Shown here: positions 12,599-30,090 of the stretch, one piece after another
Layout: each line of letters begins with the position of its first letter
Numbering within the stretch: the first letter of the stretch is position 1
NCBI GenBank assembly: GCA_964016885.1
Contig: OZ024742.1
Coordinates: 103,230,001 to 103,294,000, forward strand
Source of the DNA: Eledone cirrhosa
Taxonomy: Eukaryota
Reading direction: 5' to 3'
DNA length: 64,000 nt
Program-made: the position numbers and the translations under genes
Notes under the pieces: model-generated
Databases searched by the model: none
Seen by the model: the letters and a program-made list of their open reading frames with translations, nothing else
What the model was told of the DNA's origin: nothing

Positions 12599-15500
12599 AT
12601 GCCCCCCCCCCCTTCCCCCCAAGAAAAGAACTTTCATTGGTCGATTATCTAATGATGCAAGTAGGTCTAAGTGAAGGCGTCTCACCGAAGATGTAAATGC
12701 GACTGCGATCAGGCTCTCACAGAATGCTGTGCAGACGGCAGCTGCAAGAGCGGAGGAGGATGACAGTCGGCGTGAACTTCGACGGAACAAAGATGCTGCC
12801 GCGACTGCTGCTGCTCGCGCTCAAGAGGATGAAGGATGACGCGCCGTTCGACGAAGCAGGGACGCCGCTGCAACAGCCACTGCTCGCGCTCGAGAGGATG
12901 AAGGACGACGCGCCGTTCGACGAAGCAGGGACGCCACTGCCACTGCTGCTGCACGAAATACTGAAACCATAGAGCAACGACGTGGCCGACTTCTGCAAAG
13001 TGAACAGTGACCATCGTTACCTAGCATTTCTAGAACTAGCAATTCACGATGGTTGTTGAAGGCCTTTAACTACGACCCCTCCTCCGACTACGCCGTCCAT
13101 GCAGATATTCAAATTGGGGAAATGACCTCTACTTGCCAGTTTTGTCGTACGAAAAAGTGGCCAGGGAATAGAGATGGAATGTGCTGTTCAAACGGTAAAG
13201 TTAGACTACCTCCTATTCACGACCCTCCAGAGACATTGCAACTCCTTTTGACAGACACGACGGAGGAATCATCGAAGTTTCTCCGTAATATCCGCCGCTA
13301 CAATTCCGCGTTTCAGATGACATCCTTCGGAGCAAAGCTTGCCTCAGAACGTGGGTTCATGCCAACTTTCAAGTTCCAGGGGCAGATCTACCACTTGATT
13401 GGGTCTATTCAGCCTCTGGCAGAAAAGGATCCTCAATTTCTTCAGTTATACTTCGTTGGAAACTATCAGGAACAGGCAGAGATGCGAAACTCTATTTCGT
13501 CCGAAACTAACATTGAAACCATAAAACTTCAAGAAATGCTTCATGACAAAAACAGCTATGTTCGCAGTTTCAAGCACGCTTTGGAAACAGCCACCGACCC
13601 AAACTTTAGTGTGGTCATATACATGCTGACCGAAGGGCATCTGGAGAACACGTTGGTCGGTTCAACGTACCAATATGTAATGAGATTGCTGCGGTTATTT
13701 GTGGTGAACAGCACAACAAGAGAGATATCATTCTAAAGCACCGAGACAGCACATTACAGCGTATCAATGAGACACACAGGTCTTATGATGCATTCCAGTA
13801 TCCATTGCTAATTGTCAACGTCGAGGACGGATACCATTTCGGCATTCCTCAACATTCAGCAGGCAATGGTGAGGCACATCTTAGCAAAACTGTCACCTGC
13901 ATGGATTTCTACGCTTTCCGATTTATGGTAAGGGACAATTCATTCAACCATCTACACCGTTCTCGGGACCTTTTCCAACAATTTGCTGTTGATATGGCCG
14001 TTAAAATGGAATCCGAGAGATTATGGTTCATTAAATTAAATCAAAAGAATCTTCGATCTGAATGCTACATTTATCTACGCGATGGAATTAAGAACGACGT
14101 ATCCCCAGACAATTTAGGGCAAGTGTGTATTTTGCCTTCAACGTTCACAGGGGGACCCCGATACATACACGAGAGGACTCAGGACGCCATGACTTACGTA
14201 CGACATATGGGGGCCCCGACCTTTTCATAACGTTTACATGCAATCCCAAGTGGAAGGAGATTACAAACGAACTGTTCCACGGTCAAGCGCCAAGACACAG
14301 GCACGATCTCATAGCAAGAGTGTTTCGCCTGAAATTATCCAAATTAATGGATTTATTAAAGAAAGGACAGGTTTTGGAGCCTGTCAGGTGCGACATGTAG
14401 ACAGTTGAATGGCAGAAACGAGGGCTGCGGCATGCCCATATCTTGATTTGGTTGGTTACAAAAATCAGTTCAAACTACATCGACAAATTCATTTCTGCCG
14501 AACTACCCGATCCGTCGATTGACAAGGACCTCTTCTCTATAGTCACATCAAACATGGTCCATGGTCCTTGCGGACATGGACTCAATATGAAGTCTCCGTG
14601 CATACACGACGGAAAGTGTACAAAACGATATCCCAGGCCGTTTTTACAGGAAACACAGACTGGCGGTGACGGATATCCGTTGTATAGGCGCAGGAGACCT
14701 GAAGACGGTGGGGTCACAGCAAAAGTTGGCGAACGCGAAATCGACACCAGTTGGATAGTGCCATATTGCCCCCTCCTCTTGAAAGTGTTCTACGCCCATA
14801 TAAACGTCGAATTTTGCTACTCAGTAAAATCAATTAAATACGTTTGTAAGTATGTAAACAAGGGGTCGGATGCTGCCGTCTTTGGCCTTCGTCATGAAAA
14901 CAGTAGAGACGAGGTATCTGACTACCGATACATTAGCAGCAATGAAGCCTTTTAGCGCATTTTTTGGCTTCCCACTGTACCAACGACACCCTGCCATTAA
15001 AAAATTTGCCGTTCACCTTGAAAACGGTCAACGGGTGTATTTCAACGATGCAACAGCTGCTCAGCTAGCGATCTCACCAAAGGAAACTACACTCACCGCT
15101 TTTTTCAAACTTTGTCAACACGACGACTTCGCTCGAACTCTGCTGTATTCTGAAATACTGTCTTACTATACATGGAACCGGACAAAATGGCTACGAAGGA
15201 AGGTAGGGCAAGAGGTGGTTGGACATCCAGGCATCAAATTCGACAATTGCCTTGGGCGAGTTTATACGGTCCACCCTACCCAACATGAATGCTTCTACAT
15301 GCGACTTCTGCTTCATGAGGTAAGAGGGCCGACCAGCTTCACTCATCTGAGAACCATCGATGGATACGCCTGCGGAACGTACAGGGAAGCCTGCTTGAGG
15401 CGTGGACTTTTAGAAGATGAAGCACAATGGGATGCAACCTTGACGGAAGCTGCCATCAAAATCATCCCGTAGTCTAAGGGTACTTTTTGCTCTCTTCTTG

Positions 15501-16999
15501 CACGTCTGTGAACTGAGCGATCCTTACTCTTTATGGCAAAAGTTTAAAGATGATTTCGCAGACGAATATAGGCGTCTCGCTCAATTGCAATCTCCAAACT
15601 TAGATGCCGGCTTTTCAGACGCTATATATAACAGAGCTCGATATTGAAGACAGAGTGGTTTCAATGAGCGGAGATGTCTTGGAGAAATATGGGCTTCCGC
15701 AAACACTTCGAGATGCGCCATCTGACATTCCCAACGACATTATACGTGAAACGCCATATGATGTCGACGAACTCAAAGGGTATGTTGAAGAAAATGAACC
15801 AAAACTTCTAATGGATCAAAAACAAGCCTACAACATTGTCGTTGATTCCATCCGTAATCAGGGAGGGGGTATATTCTTCCTAGACGTACCTGGAGGCACG
15901 GGCAAAACATTTGTAATCAAACTTTTAGTCACTGCGGTGAGGCAACACGGAAACATCGCATTGGCTGTGGCTTCTTCCGGCATTGCAGCAACTTTGCTGC
16001 CTGGTGGCAGGACGGCCCATTCTGCCTTCAGTCTTCCTCTCAAGGTGGCATCATCTGAGACACCCACGTGTAACATCAGCAAGTCTTCTGGAAAAGCACT
16101 GGTGTTAAAGCGCTGCCTACTAATTGTTTGGGACGAATGCACAATGGCTCACAAGGCGGCTTTCGAGGCATTAGACCGGTCACTAAGACACATCAGGGAC
16201 TGTCAAGACCAATGGGAGGTGTCACTTTCCTGTTATCTGGGGACTTCCAACAGACTCTGCCTGTAATCCCAAAAGGTACGCGGGCTGATGCGGTTGGTAC
16301 ATGCCTTAAGGCCTCCTCACTTTGGCGTTATGTAAGAAAGCTGACGCTTACAAGAAACATGAGAGCACAACTGCAAGGTGATTAGACATCAGCGGGTTTT
16401 GCTGCTGCCATTTTGTCGTTGGGAGATGGCAAAGTTCCACTCGACGGAGATGGTGCAGCGGACCTCACAGGGATTTGCAGATGCACGTCCCTTGACTCTA
16501 TGGCTGATCCGGACGAAGTTGTTAATTACGCCACAGAATTTCTTAACTCCCAAGACCCTACTGGATTGCCACCACACTTACTGCGACTTAAGAAAGGTAC
16601 CCCTGTCATACTCCTCAGGAATTTGGAACCCCGAAGGCTTTCCAATGGCACGCGTCTGGTCGTCCAAAAGATGATGCCTCATGTTATTAAGGCAACGATA
16701 CTTACAGGATGTGGTAAGGGGGATACTGTCTTCATACCAAGGATACCTCTCATTCCATCCGGTAAAGACATTCCTTTCACATTCAGAAGGCTGCAATTCC
16801 TTCCCCGGCTCAGTTTCGCCATGTCGCTTAACAAATCACAGGGTCAGACGCTGACGGTCGTAGGGCTTAATTTAGAAGAACCGTGCTTCTCCCATGTCAA
16901 CTATATGTTGGCTGCTCTCGAGTGGGGAGCCGACATAACCTATTTGCTTTTGCAACTCGCGAGAAAACCCAAAATATAGTCTATAAGGAAATTTTGTAG
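12599..16999 (+). pseudogene. Helitron RepHel (HUH Rep plus PIF1-family helicase) with multiple frameshifts and stops
   Basis: CxxC...CCSNGKV zinc motif; Rep motifs PDLFITFTCNPKW, VEWQKRGLRHAHILIW and KYVCKYVNKG; helicase motifs DVPGGTGKT, GRTAHS, IVWDEC, GDFQQTLPV and FAMSLNKSQGQTL, spread over about 9 ORF pieces in different frames. Confidence 0.95.
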
Positions 17000-17369
17000 G
17001 CACCCCATTCGCTGTTTTGTTTTGTGTAAGTGCTTACATTTGCTGTATCCGTGTGCTATTTTTGTCCCTTTGACAATACCACGTACGTCTCTTAGGTTGC
17101 TTTTGCTATACGTTATAAATATTCAATGTCTCTGTTTTCCGCATTTATATGTTGCTATTACGCTTTGCTATCGATGTTCCGTAGTTTTAACCTAATTAAT
17201 CTACTTTCCCTTACATTTTTGACATTCCAGCGTGATCTTGCCAAGGCCGTTTCTGTGGCCACTGACTGTTACATGCTTTTCTAGGTTACAATCTCAAATA
17301 AGAAGCAAAGCAAATACGACACACCAAAGTGGTGTGAAGGACTTCTTAAGGACCACCACCTCAAATCGG

Positions 17370-17740
17370 AGTCGTCTTTGCGGACAGCTCTGCCGTTGGG
17401 ACTTTTACGAGTGAACGATCCAAGGCCTTCTCAGGGCCACCAAGTTTAAATTGTTAGCATCGGATTCATCTTTGTTGGCAGCACCGCCGCTGAGATATTT
17501 CAAAGTGAACGTTAAAAGGTCCTCTCCAGGGCCACCAACTATAAATTGTTATCGCTGGATTCGTCTTTGCTGGCAGCACCGCCGCTGAGATTTTTAAGAG
17601 AGAACGATCCAAGGCTCTCTTTAGGGCCACAAACTTCAAATTGTTACCATCGGATTCGTCTTTGCTGGCAGCACCGCCGCAGAGATATTTCAAAGTGAAC
17701 GTTCAAAGGCCCTCTTTAGGGCCAACACCTATAAATTGTT
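17370..17740 (+). repeat. Subterminal tandem repeats in the Helitron 3' region
   Basis: 'ggcagcaccgccgc(t/a)gagat' occurs three times and 'gggccac(c)aa...aaattgtta' four times. Confidence 0.8.
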
Positions 17741-17892
17741 ACTTCTATAGTCGTGTTTAACGGAAGTCTTTCGGTTCATTTGAACGACTACTCCATTGAG
17801 AGTTATACCGGGCAACGCCGGGTACCTCTGCTAATAGTAAAATAAAAAAAAATGATATTTATTTATACATAGTATATATTATATTATTATAA

Positions 17893-18080
17893 GGGAGGTG
17901 GATTGGCAGTATCAGTAGAGGGTCGGACGCCATGCTTTGGAGCATAGAGTTTCGTACCTTTGCGGTCTGAGTTCAAATCCTGCCGAGGTTAACTTTGCCT
18001 TTCATCCTTACGGGGTCGATAAAATAAAGTACCAGTCACGCACTGGAATAATTGCTGGCCTTGTGCCAAAAAGTATAAAA
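17893..18080 (+). mobile_element. Main-family SINE nested in the hAT MITE
   Basis: Full consensus with A and B boxes. Confidence 0.85.
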
Positions 18081-18214
18081 AATTATATTATTTAATATAT
18101 ATATATAAATTAACGATTTTATTTGTTAAATATTATTTACAGTTTGTGCGTAGGCATGTCTCTCTGGAAGTAGCAGGAGGTGGCCTCAAAAGCTTGAGAA
18201 TCTCTGGTATAATA

Positions 18215-18285
18215 ACTTGTTTTCTCATCATCGTAGCTGCGTTGCATCTGTGTGAAGACGGACAGTAATCACTGGCTTTACTGAA
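18215..18285 (-). CDS. 5' part of candidate exon C (FSKASDYCPSSHRCNAATMMRKQ)
   Basis: Strong acceptor tttacattcttacAG; phase 0 matches exon B; open frame running into the hAT TSD. Confidence 0.55.
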
Positions 18286-18309
18286 CTGTAAGAATGTAAA
18301 GTGATGTTA

Positions 18310-18842
18310 TATGGTTCAACGGTGGTGGTGTTGGTGGTGATTTTGTTGTTACTAATATTTTATTCCTTTTGTTATTGTTGTTGTTGTTATTGTTGTTGTT
18401 GTGATGTTGTGGTGGTGTTATTGTTGTTGTGGTGAGGTGATTATGGTGGATTGGCAGTATCGATAAAGGATTGGACGCCATGCTTTGCAGCATAGAGTTA
18501 CGGCCCTTTATAGTCTGAGTTCAAATTACGCCGAGGTTAACTTTACCTTTCATCCTTACGGGATCGATAAAGAACCAGTAATACACTGGGTATTGCTGGC
18601 CTTGTACCAAAAGTAGAAACAGTTAGTATTGTTACTGATATTTCATTGCTTTTGTTGTTGTTGTTGTTGCTGTTGTTTGTTGTTATTGTTGTTATTGTTG
18701 CTGTTGTAGTGGTGTTATTGTTGTTGCTGATATTTTATTGCTTTTGTTGTTGTTGTTGTGGTTGCTGCTGCTGTTATGCTTTTGTTGTTGTTGTTGTTGG
18801 TACTGATGCTGCTGTTCTTAATGATGATACTGCTGTTGTTTT

Positions 18843-18874
<32 letters not shown>

Positions 18875-19350
18875 TGGTCGCTGATGCTGTTGTTGTTGTG
18901 TTCTTGTTACTGTTGTTGTTGTTGTAGTTGTGGTCGCCGCTGCTGTTGTTGTTGTTGTTGTTGTTGTGGTGGTGGTGGTGGCCGCTGCTGTTGTATTCTT
19001 GTTACAGCCGTTGTGCTTTTGTTGTTGTTGGTACTGATGTTGTTCTTAATTTTGCTGCTGCTGTTGTTGTTGCTACTGTTATGCTGTTGCTGTTGTTGCT
19101 GCTGCTGCAATTGTTGTTGTTGTTGTTGCTGTTGCTGTTTTTGTTGGTACTGATGTTGTTCTTAATTTTGCTGCTGCTGTTGTTGTTGCTACTGTTATGC
19201 TGTTGCTGTTGTTGCTGCTGCTGCTGCAATTGTTGTTGCTGTTGTTGCTGTTGCTGTTTTTGTTGTTGCTGATGTTGCTATTACTGCTACTGCTGTTGTT
19301 GTTAGTGTTGCTGCTATTGCTGTTGTGGTGGTGTTGGTGGCGGTGGTAAT
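18310..19350. repeat. (GTT/GCT/GGT)n low-complexity tract with an embedded SINE (about 18444-18622)
   Basis: Seen directly; the block 'gttggtactgatg..gttcttaat' is repeated three times. Confidence 0.9.
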
Positions 19351-19351
19351 G

Positions 19352-19541
19352 ATAATTGTTTCTACTTTTGGCACAAGGCCAGCAATTATCCCAGTGTATT
19401 ACTGGTACTTTATTTTATCGACCCCGTAAGGATGAAAGGCAAAGTTAACCTCGGCGGGATTTGAACTGAGAACGTAAAGGGTCATAACTCTTTGCTGCAA
19501 AGCATGGTGTCTGACGCTCTACCGATACTACCAATCCACCG
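19352..19541 (-). mobile_element. Main-family SINE with TSD
   Basis: ggtggtaatgataat on both flanks. Confidence 0.85.
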
Positions 19542-19639
19542 GTGGTGGTAATGATAATGATGATACAGTGGTAGTGATGGAGGTAAATTCAAAGATGGAA
19601 ATATTTGATGAGTAAGATGAGTTCAATTTATTTTTCGTT

Positions 19640-21875
<2,236 letters not shown>

Positions 21876-21995
21876 GAGGTGAGTTTTATTGTAGCACAAT
21901 AAAGCAATGCAAATATCGGATAAGTAGCACTCTACAGTTTGTAGGACTGGAGTATAAATAATATAAGATCAAAAGATGGTTAAAAGAGTTCCAAG

Positions 21996-22066
21996 TATTT
22001 TATTATGCGCATTTCAAAAACAAATATCATCATGGGATGATATCTGCGTTTTCATCAGATAAAATA
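21996..22066 (-). ncRNA. Minimal type-I hammerhead ribozyme (mirror copy of 24730-24800)
   Basis: Reverse complement of the plus-strand motif. Confidence 0.85.
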
Positions 22067-22775
22067 GGGATACATGATATGAAGCTTAAAAAAACATTTG
22101 TGAATAGTGAAGTTTTAAATCAACATATAAAAAATAATTTAAGATTGATGTATGATATTGGGAAAAGGTGAGGGGGTTGGAAAAGGTAAGGAAGAGGAGG
22201 AGATGAGAGTAAAGAATGGTGGGGGAGGAGTATAAGAAGGAAGGATGAGAGAGGAGGAGAGATGGGTGATAGAGAGAGAGAGAGATAGCCTTTACAACTG
22301 AGAAAAAAAAATATATTGTCTCACAGAGAGAAGTTAAAAAGCCGTTGGAAGATAATAGATAATTTAAAAGAATTTGAAATTAAAAGTTAATGAAGTTTAT
22401 GCATGAAGAGAAAAAGGGATTAAGAATAATATTAAATTAAGGTTTGTATATTGAAGGGTTTAATAATATGTGCGAGGAAAAGAAATTATTAATATGTATT
22501 ATTAAAATAAAAATATTAATGTTATTAAGTATATAATGTGAAAAGAAGTAGAAGAATGAATGAGTTATGAATTTAGAGGAATTAGTTAGTGTTTAAGTTT
22601 GTTTTTATGTAATGTAATATGTGTGCGTAATATATGTACGTAAATAGTTTGTTTAAAAATGAGCGCAGAAAGCAAAGAAGAAAAGAATGTTTAAGGAAGA
22701 AAATATCTAACATCAAAAAATATATATGTTTACGAAATATTTTCTAATGGTAATAATATAATATATTAAAAGAAA

Positions 22776-23258
22776 TTAGCAATCAGTGCGTCTATTTATT
22801 ATAGAATTGAAATTAGATATAATGGTAAAATTCTCAGATAGGCAAAGATTACATGTTCTGGATAGGGAGGCATTCAAGTAGGGAGAAGCAGAACAAACTT
22901 TTCTCCAAGAGATGTTATAGTTAATATTTTTATCTTTCAAGGACCATATGAGTTCTGAAAGTGCCGTGTTAGTTCTTTTAAGTTGGTATTTAAAAGACGA
23001 ATTGTGATTATAAAATCTAGCTTTGAAGGAGGTGGAAGTGGAACCGAAATGGGTAAAGGAATTGGTATCAGTTATAACCTTACATTCATAGACTAAGTTT
23101 TTATCAAGACAATGGTTATTGAGAGGACATTTAGTTCTAACAGGGCAATTATAATTGCGATTAGAGAAATTAACAGAGTTATTAACAAGTGACCTAGTGT
23201 TATTTATAGGAGGAATTGGATTTAAGAAGTTATTTACGATAGGAATAATAGTTGCCTG
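22776..23258 (-). pseudogene. Penelope-type GIY-YIG endonuclease remnant (open frame without early start codon, absent from the ORF track)
   Basis: Manual translation: NCPVRTKCPLNNHCLDKNLVYECKV...HFGSTSTSFKARFYNHNSSF...TALSELIWSLKDK..Y.ISW...CNLCLSE...INRRTD. The plus-strand copy 23256-23471 ends CNLCLSEK...INRRTDLFSLCLHK..stop. Confidence 0.85.
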
Positions 23259-23714
23259 AAAGACAAAAATATTAACTATAACATCTCTCGGAGAAAAGTT
23301 TGTTCTGCCTCTCCCTACTTGAATGCCTCTCTATCCAGAACATGTAATCTTTGCCTATCTGAGAAATTTACCATTATATCTAATTTCAATTCTATAATAA
23401 ATAGACGCACTGATTTATTTTCTCTCTGCTTGCATAAATTCCACAGAACATTCCATAAAGTATACAGCTAATATCTAATACCTTACTAGTTTAAAATCCT
23501 TTTTCTCAAAGGCTTATATATCTTTTAAAATTATACCCATCTTTCTACCTTATTTCAATATTATTTATTATATATTATATAATACAAGTTACTCATTCTA
23601 TATCATTCCTCTTTATCATTTTCCTTTCTTCCTTTTTTCTTTTTAATTTCTAACCTCTAATCTGTACCTTTTCTTCCTAACTACTTCTCAATTCTTATTA
23701 TTACTCACCACAAC

Positions 23715-23892
23715 GGCGGTGGATTGGCAGTATCGGTAGAGGGTCGGACGCCATGCTTTGCAGCACAGTTACGTCCCTTTACGGACTGAGTTCAAATCCT
23801 GCCGAGGTTAACTTCATCCTTACGGGGTCGATAAAATAAAGTACCAGTAATACACTGGGATAATTGCTGGCCCTGTGCCAAAAGTAGAAACA
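23715..23892 (+). mobile_element. Main-family SINE inserted in one arm of the Penelope element
   Basis: TSD ttattactcaccacaac on both flanks. Confidence 0.9.
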
Positions 23893-24729
23893 ATTATTAC
23901 TCACCACAACATTATCCATTCTTCCATCTTTCTTCATATCATTGGCCATAAAAATTATTATTTTTTTTAATACATTATAGTATTATCTTTAATAGTCCTT
24001 CGTAAACAAACATTTTTTTTTACGTTAGATTTTTCTTCCTTAAATTCCTTATCTCTTCCTTTCATGCTCGTTTGACTTTTACATATTACAATACATAAAA
24101 ACAAACTTAAACCCTAACTAATTTCTTTTAATATATTATATTATTACCATTAGAAAATATTTCGTAAACATATATATTTTTTGATGTTAGATATTTTCTT
24201 CCTTAAACATTCTTTTCTTCTTTGCTTTCTGCGCTCATTTTAAAACACTAACTAATTCCTCTAAATTCATAACTCATTCATATTTTTATTTTAATAATAC
24301 ATATTAATAATTTCCTTTCCTCGCACATATTACTAAACCCTTCAATATACAAACCTTAATTTAATATTATTCTTAATCCCTTTTTCTCTTCATGCATAAA
24401 CTTCATTAACTTTTAATTTCAAATTCTTTTAAATTATCTATTATCTTCCAACGGCTTTTTAACTTCTCTCTGTGAGACAATATATATTTTTTCCTCAGTT
24501 GTAAAGGCTATCTCTCTCTCCCTCTATCACCCATCTCTCCTCCTCTCTCATCCTTCCTTCTTATACTCCTCGCCCACCATTCTTTACTCTCATCTCCTCC
24601 TCTTCCTTACCTTTTCCAACCCCCCTCACCTTTTCCCAATCTCATACATCAATCTTAAATTATTTTTCATATGTTGATTTAAAACTTCACTATTCACAAG
24701 TGTTTTTTAAGCTTCATATCATGTATCCC

Positions 24730-24800
24730 TATTTTATCTGATGAAAACGCAGATATCATCCCATGATGATATTTGTTTTTGAAATGCGCATAATAAAATA
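24730..24800 (+). ncRNA. Minimal type-I hammerhead ribozyme
   Basis: Stem I tattttat/ataaaata; core CTGATGA (24738-24744); 16-bp stem II with ccat loop; GAAA; palindromic stem III TGCGCA; AUA site with predicted cut after 24792. Confidence 0.85.
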
Positions 24801-24830
24801 CTTGGAACTCTTTTAACCATCTTTTGATCT

Positions 24831-24861
<31 letters not shown>

Positions 24862-24902
24862 AATTAGAATTGATGCTCTGAAATAGCGATATATATATGA
24901 AT

Positions 24903-25308
24903 GTATATATAGTGATGTATATATAGTGATGTATATACAGTGATGTATATATAGTGATGTATATATAGTGATGTATATATAGTGATGTATATACAGTGAT
25001 GTATATATAGTGATGTATATATAGTGATGTATATATAGTGATGTATATACAGTGATGTATATATAGTGATGTATATATAGTGATGTATATATAGTGATGT
25101 ATATACAGTGATGTATATATAGTGATGTATATATAGTGATGTATATACAGTGATGTATATATAGTGATGTATATATAGTGATGTATATATAGTGATGTAT
25201 ATACAGTGATGTATATATAGTGATGTATATATAGTGATGTATATATAGTGATGTATATATAGTGATGTATATATATAGTGATGTATATATAGTGATGTAT
25301 ATACAGTG
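24903..25308. repeat. 14-bp minisatellite (gtatata[t/c]agtgat)n inside a dispersed repeat also present at 35226-35460
   Basis: Seen directly; flanks 'tgctctgaaatagcgat' and 'actgtatg.ttaattaaaa' match 35250-35455. Confidence 0.9.
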
Positions 25309-25394
25309 TATGTTGTAATACACTGTATGCTTAATTAAAATCATTTTGAAGACCTTACTCTATTGTTTTAAGTAGTGACAATGTCACTGACTTC

Positions 25395-27392
<1,998 letters not shown>

Positions 27393-27723
27393 CAGGTAAA
27401 AGAGTATATATATATATATCAAAATGGATGCAGTAAAAACCTGTAGACCATTACTTAACAAGAGTACTCGATACTTGGGGTAGTAGAGTGTGGTAATATG
27501 AAAGAGTCGGAACCCCGACGGCTGAGCTCTTGCTGTTTTAACAGCTAGTTCCAAACTGAATCGTAGATGTTATTGCGGTAGAAAAAACTGTCGCATCAGG
27601 AGGCTCGGATGTCCAAATATGGGCATCACACTATACCTAGTTGTGAAACGTCTTTACGAAAAAATTTGTTTTTGGTGGGAGTGGCTAGTTTGTGGGTGTG
27701 TGTATACACGTATTTAGCTTGGT

Positions 27724-28128
27724 GTATGTATGTATGTATGTATGTATGTATGTATGTATGTATGTATGTATGTATGTATGTATGCATGTATGCATGTTTG
27801 TATGTATGTATGCATGTTTGTATGTATGCATGCATACATGTATGTATGTAGGCATGTATGTTTATATGTATGTATGTATGCATGCATGCATGTATGCATG
27901 TATGTATGTATGCAGGCAAGTATGTATGTATGTATGTATGTATGTATGTATGTATGTATGCATGCATGTATGCATGTATGTATGCATACAGGCAAGTATG
28001 TATGTATGTATGTATGTATGCAGGCATGTATGTATGTATGTTGCAACCATGTATGTATATATGCATGGATGTACGTACGTACGTATGTATGCATGTACGT
28101 ATGTACGTATGTATGTATGTATGTATGT
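27724..28128. repeat. Degenerate (TATG)n tract
   Basis: Seen directly. Confidence 0.95.
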
Positions 28129-28334
28129 AAGCTCAGGATATGGTACCAAGGCCAAGACGAATGGCTTAAGTGTCGAAAGTGAGATGTTGTTTAAAGATAA
28201 CTGAAGGACTACATTCAGGCATGTTCACACGATAAGATGAAACCCCGGAATCATTCAATATAACTAACCTAGTCAGCCCAAGGCCGACTATTTCCAAGAA
28301 CTGGCTTCTTTGAATAAAGTATTTCAAGCCTTAC

Positions 28335-28395
28335 ATTTGTATTAAGCTGGGGCGACAGATTAGAACGATAAACACATTGATAGTATCTCGTTTCT
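28335..28395 (-). CDS. Candidate coding exon B (xETRYYQCVYRSNLSPQLNTN)
   Basis: Acceptor aatatatttcAG, donor GTaagg; 61 nt, phase 2 to phase 0; links exon A or A' (phase 2 end) to exon C (phase 0 start). Confidence 0.55.
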
Positions 28396-29444
28396 CTGAA
28401 ATATATTTACTTTCACAAAAAAGTCAGACAAATCTTAGAACTTCATATTTTCACATTGGTCTTCTGTCTTATATAACTCTTTGGAAGTTACTTTATTGTA
28501 AGTTTAGCGAATATCAGTTACATTAACATGGGCGAGTGAAAGGCTAGAGAGTTAGAGTAAAGCAGAAACTGTAGAGTACTGGACAAGATGTTTTGTGGTG
28601 TTTAGTCACGTAATTTTGTGTTCAAAGTTTAAGCCGCCACTTTGCTTTTCATCACACTGGAATCGATAAAATAAATATTTTAGACAAGTAAAGTTGTTTT
28701 AATCGATTATACTACATTCCCTAGAAATTCATCTCCTTGTACAAATGTTAGAAATCATTATTGTGTCAGTGTTCAAGTCAAAACTGCGAATTAACAGAGT
28801 TTCATATGTAAATATGAAACCATAACTCCTGATAGAGTCGGGGAGCGCCGTGTGACATATGGCGTATATTGAGCCTTTTAAACCGGAGAAAGAGAGAAAG
28901 TGGCAGAGAGGTAGAGAGAAAGAGATATAGAGAAACAATCAACTTCGATACTGGACTGATACTTTTTTTTATCGACCTCGAGAGAATGAGAGGCAAAGTT
29001 AACCTTGGTGATAAAAGATACGATATTTGTTTCGATTCTCTGTACTTGGAGTTAGAATTTCACCGAGATCAAATTTGCCTTTCAGCTTTTTGTGGTCGAT
29101 AAATAAAGTACCAATTCAAAGCGATTGATTGGTGGAATTATTAGAATGTTAGATATTATATGCGTCGGTCATTTGCATTCTGAATTCAAAATTTAAAATT
29201 CCGCTTAGGTCCTGCTGGTGCCCAGAACTATTTACTTGATCACAGAGTTCCCCATTGAAACCGTAGTTGATCAGAGTGAACAAGCAGGTCTACAACCAGT
29301 ATAAATAAGTCGTCAACGACATGTTGAAGCTTTCTCTAGTATTGAAGGTATAAAGTTGTGTTGAAAAGAGATGAGTTTCAAGCTGGTGAAATTCGGGACG
29401 CTGTTTCGATCTCCAGCTGGTTTAACTATTTTCTTTTACGTTAA

Positions 29445-30090
29445 TAATTGTTTCTTCTATAGGCATGAGGATAGCAAATTTAGGGGATAGTGCAAAGTTG
29501 ATTAAAATTAGTGTCAATATTGGACTGGTACTTTATTCTATTGAACGTGGAAGATTAAAAGTCAAAGTTGGCCTCGGCGGAATTTGAATTCAGAATGTAA
29601 AGATCCAGAACAAATATTCCTGTTAAGCATTTGTCTGACGCTTTAACAATTCTACCAATTTACCACCCACTTCTTTACATTAATAATTATTTCTAACGTT
29701 GGCACAAGGCATGAAATTTGGAGGAAGTCGATTATTACGACCCCAGTACTTAATTGGTAGTTTATTTTATCGATCTCGAAAGAATGAAAAATAAAGTTGA
29801 TCTCAGCGAAATTGGAACCAAGTACCGTAAATACATTTTGTCCGATACTCTACCGATACTGCAAATCCACCACCCTCCTAAGAATAATTGCTTCTAATTA
29901 TGACACAAGGCCTGCAATTTGTGAGGAGGGAAACGACGTTTATATCGACACGAGTATTTGACTGGTATTTTATTTTATCGACCCCAGCAAGACGAAAGGC
30001 AACTTTGGCCTCGGTGGGATTTGAAGCCAGAACAAATATTGCTAAACATTTGTCCGACACTCTAACGACTCAGTCAATCTATTGCCCTCC
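29445..30090 (-). mobile_element. Three head-to-tail older SINE copies
   Basis: Three successive reverse-complement SINE bodies; 'tttac(g/a)t(t/c)aata' recurs at the junctions. Confidence 0.8.

Larger units (their letters stand above)
10446..17834 (+). mobile_element. Full-length Helitron, decayed
   Basis: 5' A|TCTCTATATATAAAA; 3' hairpin TACCGGGC-AAC-GCCGGGTA (17806-17824) then CTAA|T (CTRR); no TSD; internal RepHel coding remnants. Confidence 0.95.
10325..18206. mobile_element. hAT-type non-autonomous element (MITE) inflated by a nested Helitron and SINE
   Basis: TIRs CAGAGGTTCTCAAAGT and (reverse complement) CAGAGATTCTCAAGCT; perfect 8-bp TSD GTATAATA at 10317-10324 and 18207-18214. An 8-bp TSD with CAG-starting TIRs is characteristic of hAT (Charlie-like). 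Confidence 0.9.

Noticed and set aside
15604-16979. Cellular PIF1 helicase gene
   Set aside because: Follows HUH Rep motifs, is frameshifted, and lies between Helitron termini.
17370-17740. CRISPR-like repeat/spacer pattern
   Set aside because: The spacers are themselves repeats, the context is eukaryotic, and there are no cas genes.
18646-19272. Poly-Q/C/L ORFs
   Set aside because: (GTT/GCT)n low-complexity tract without splice or domain support.
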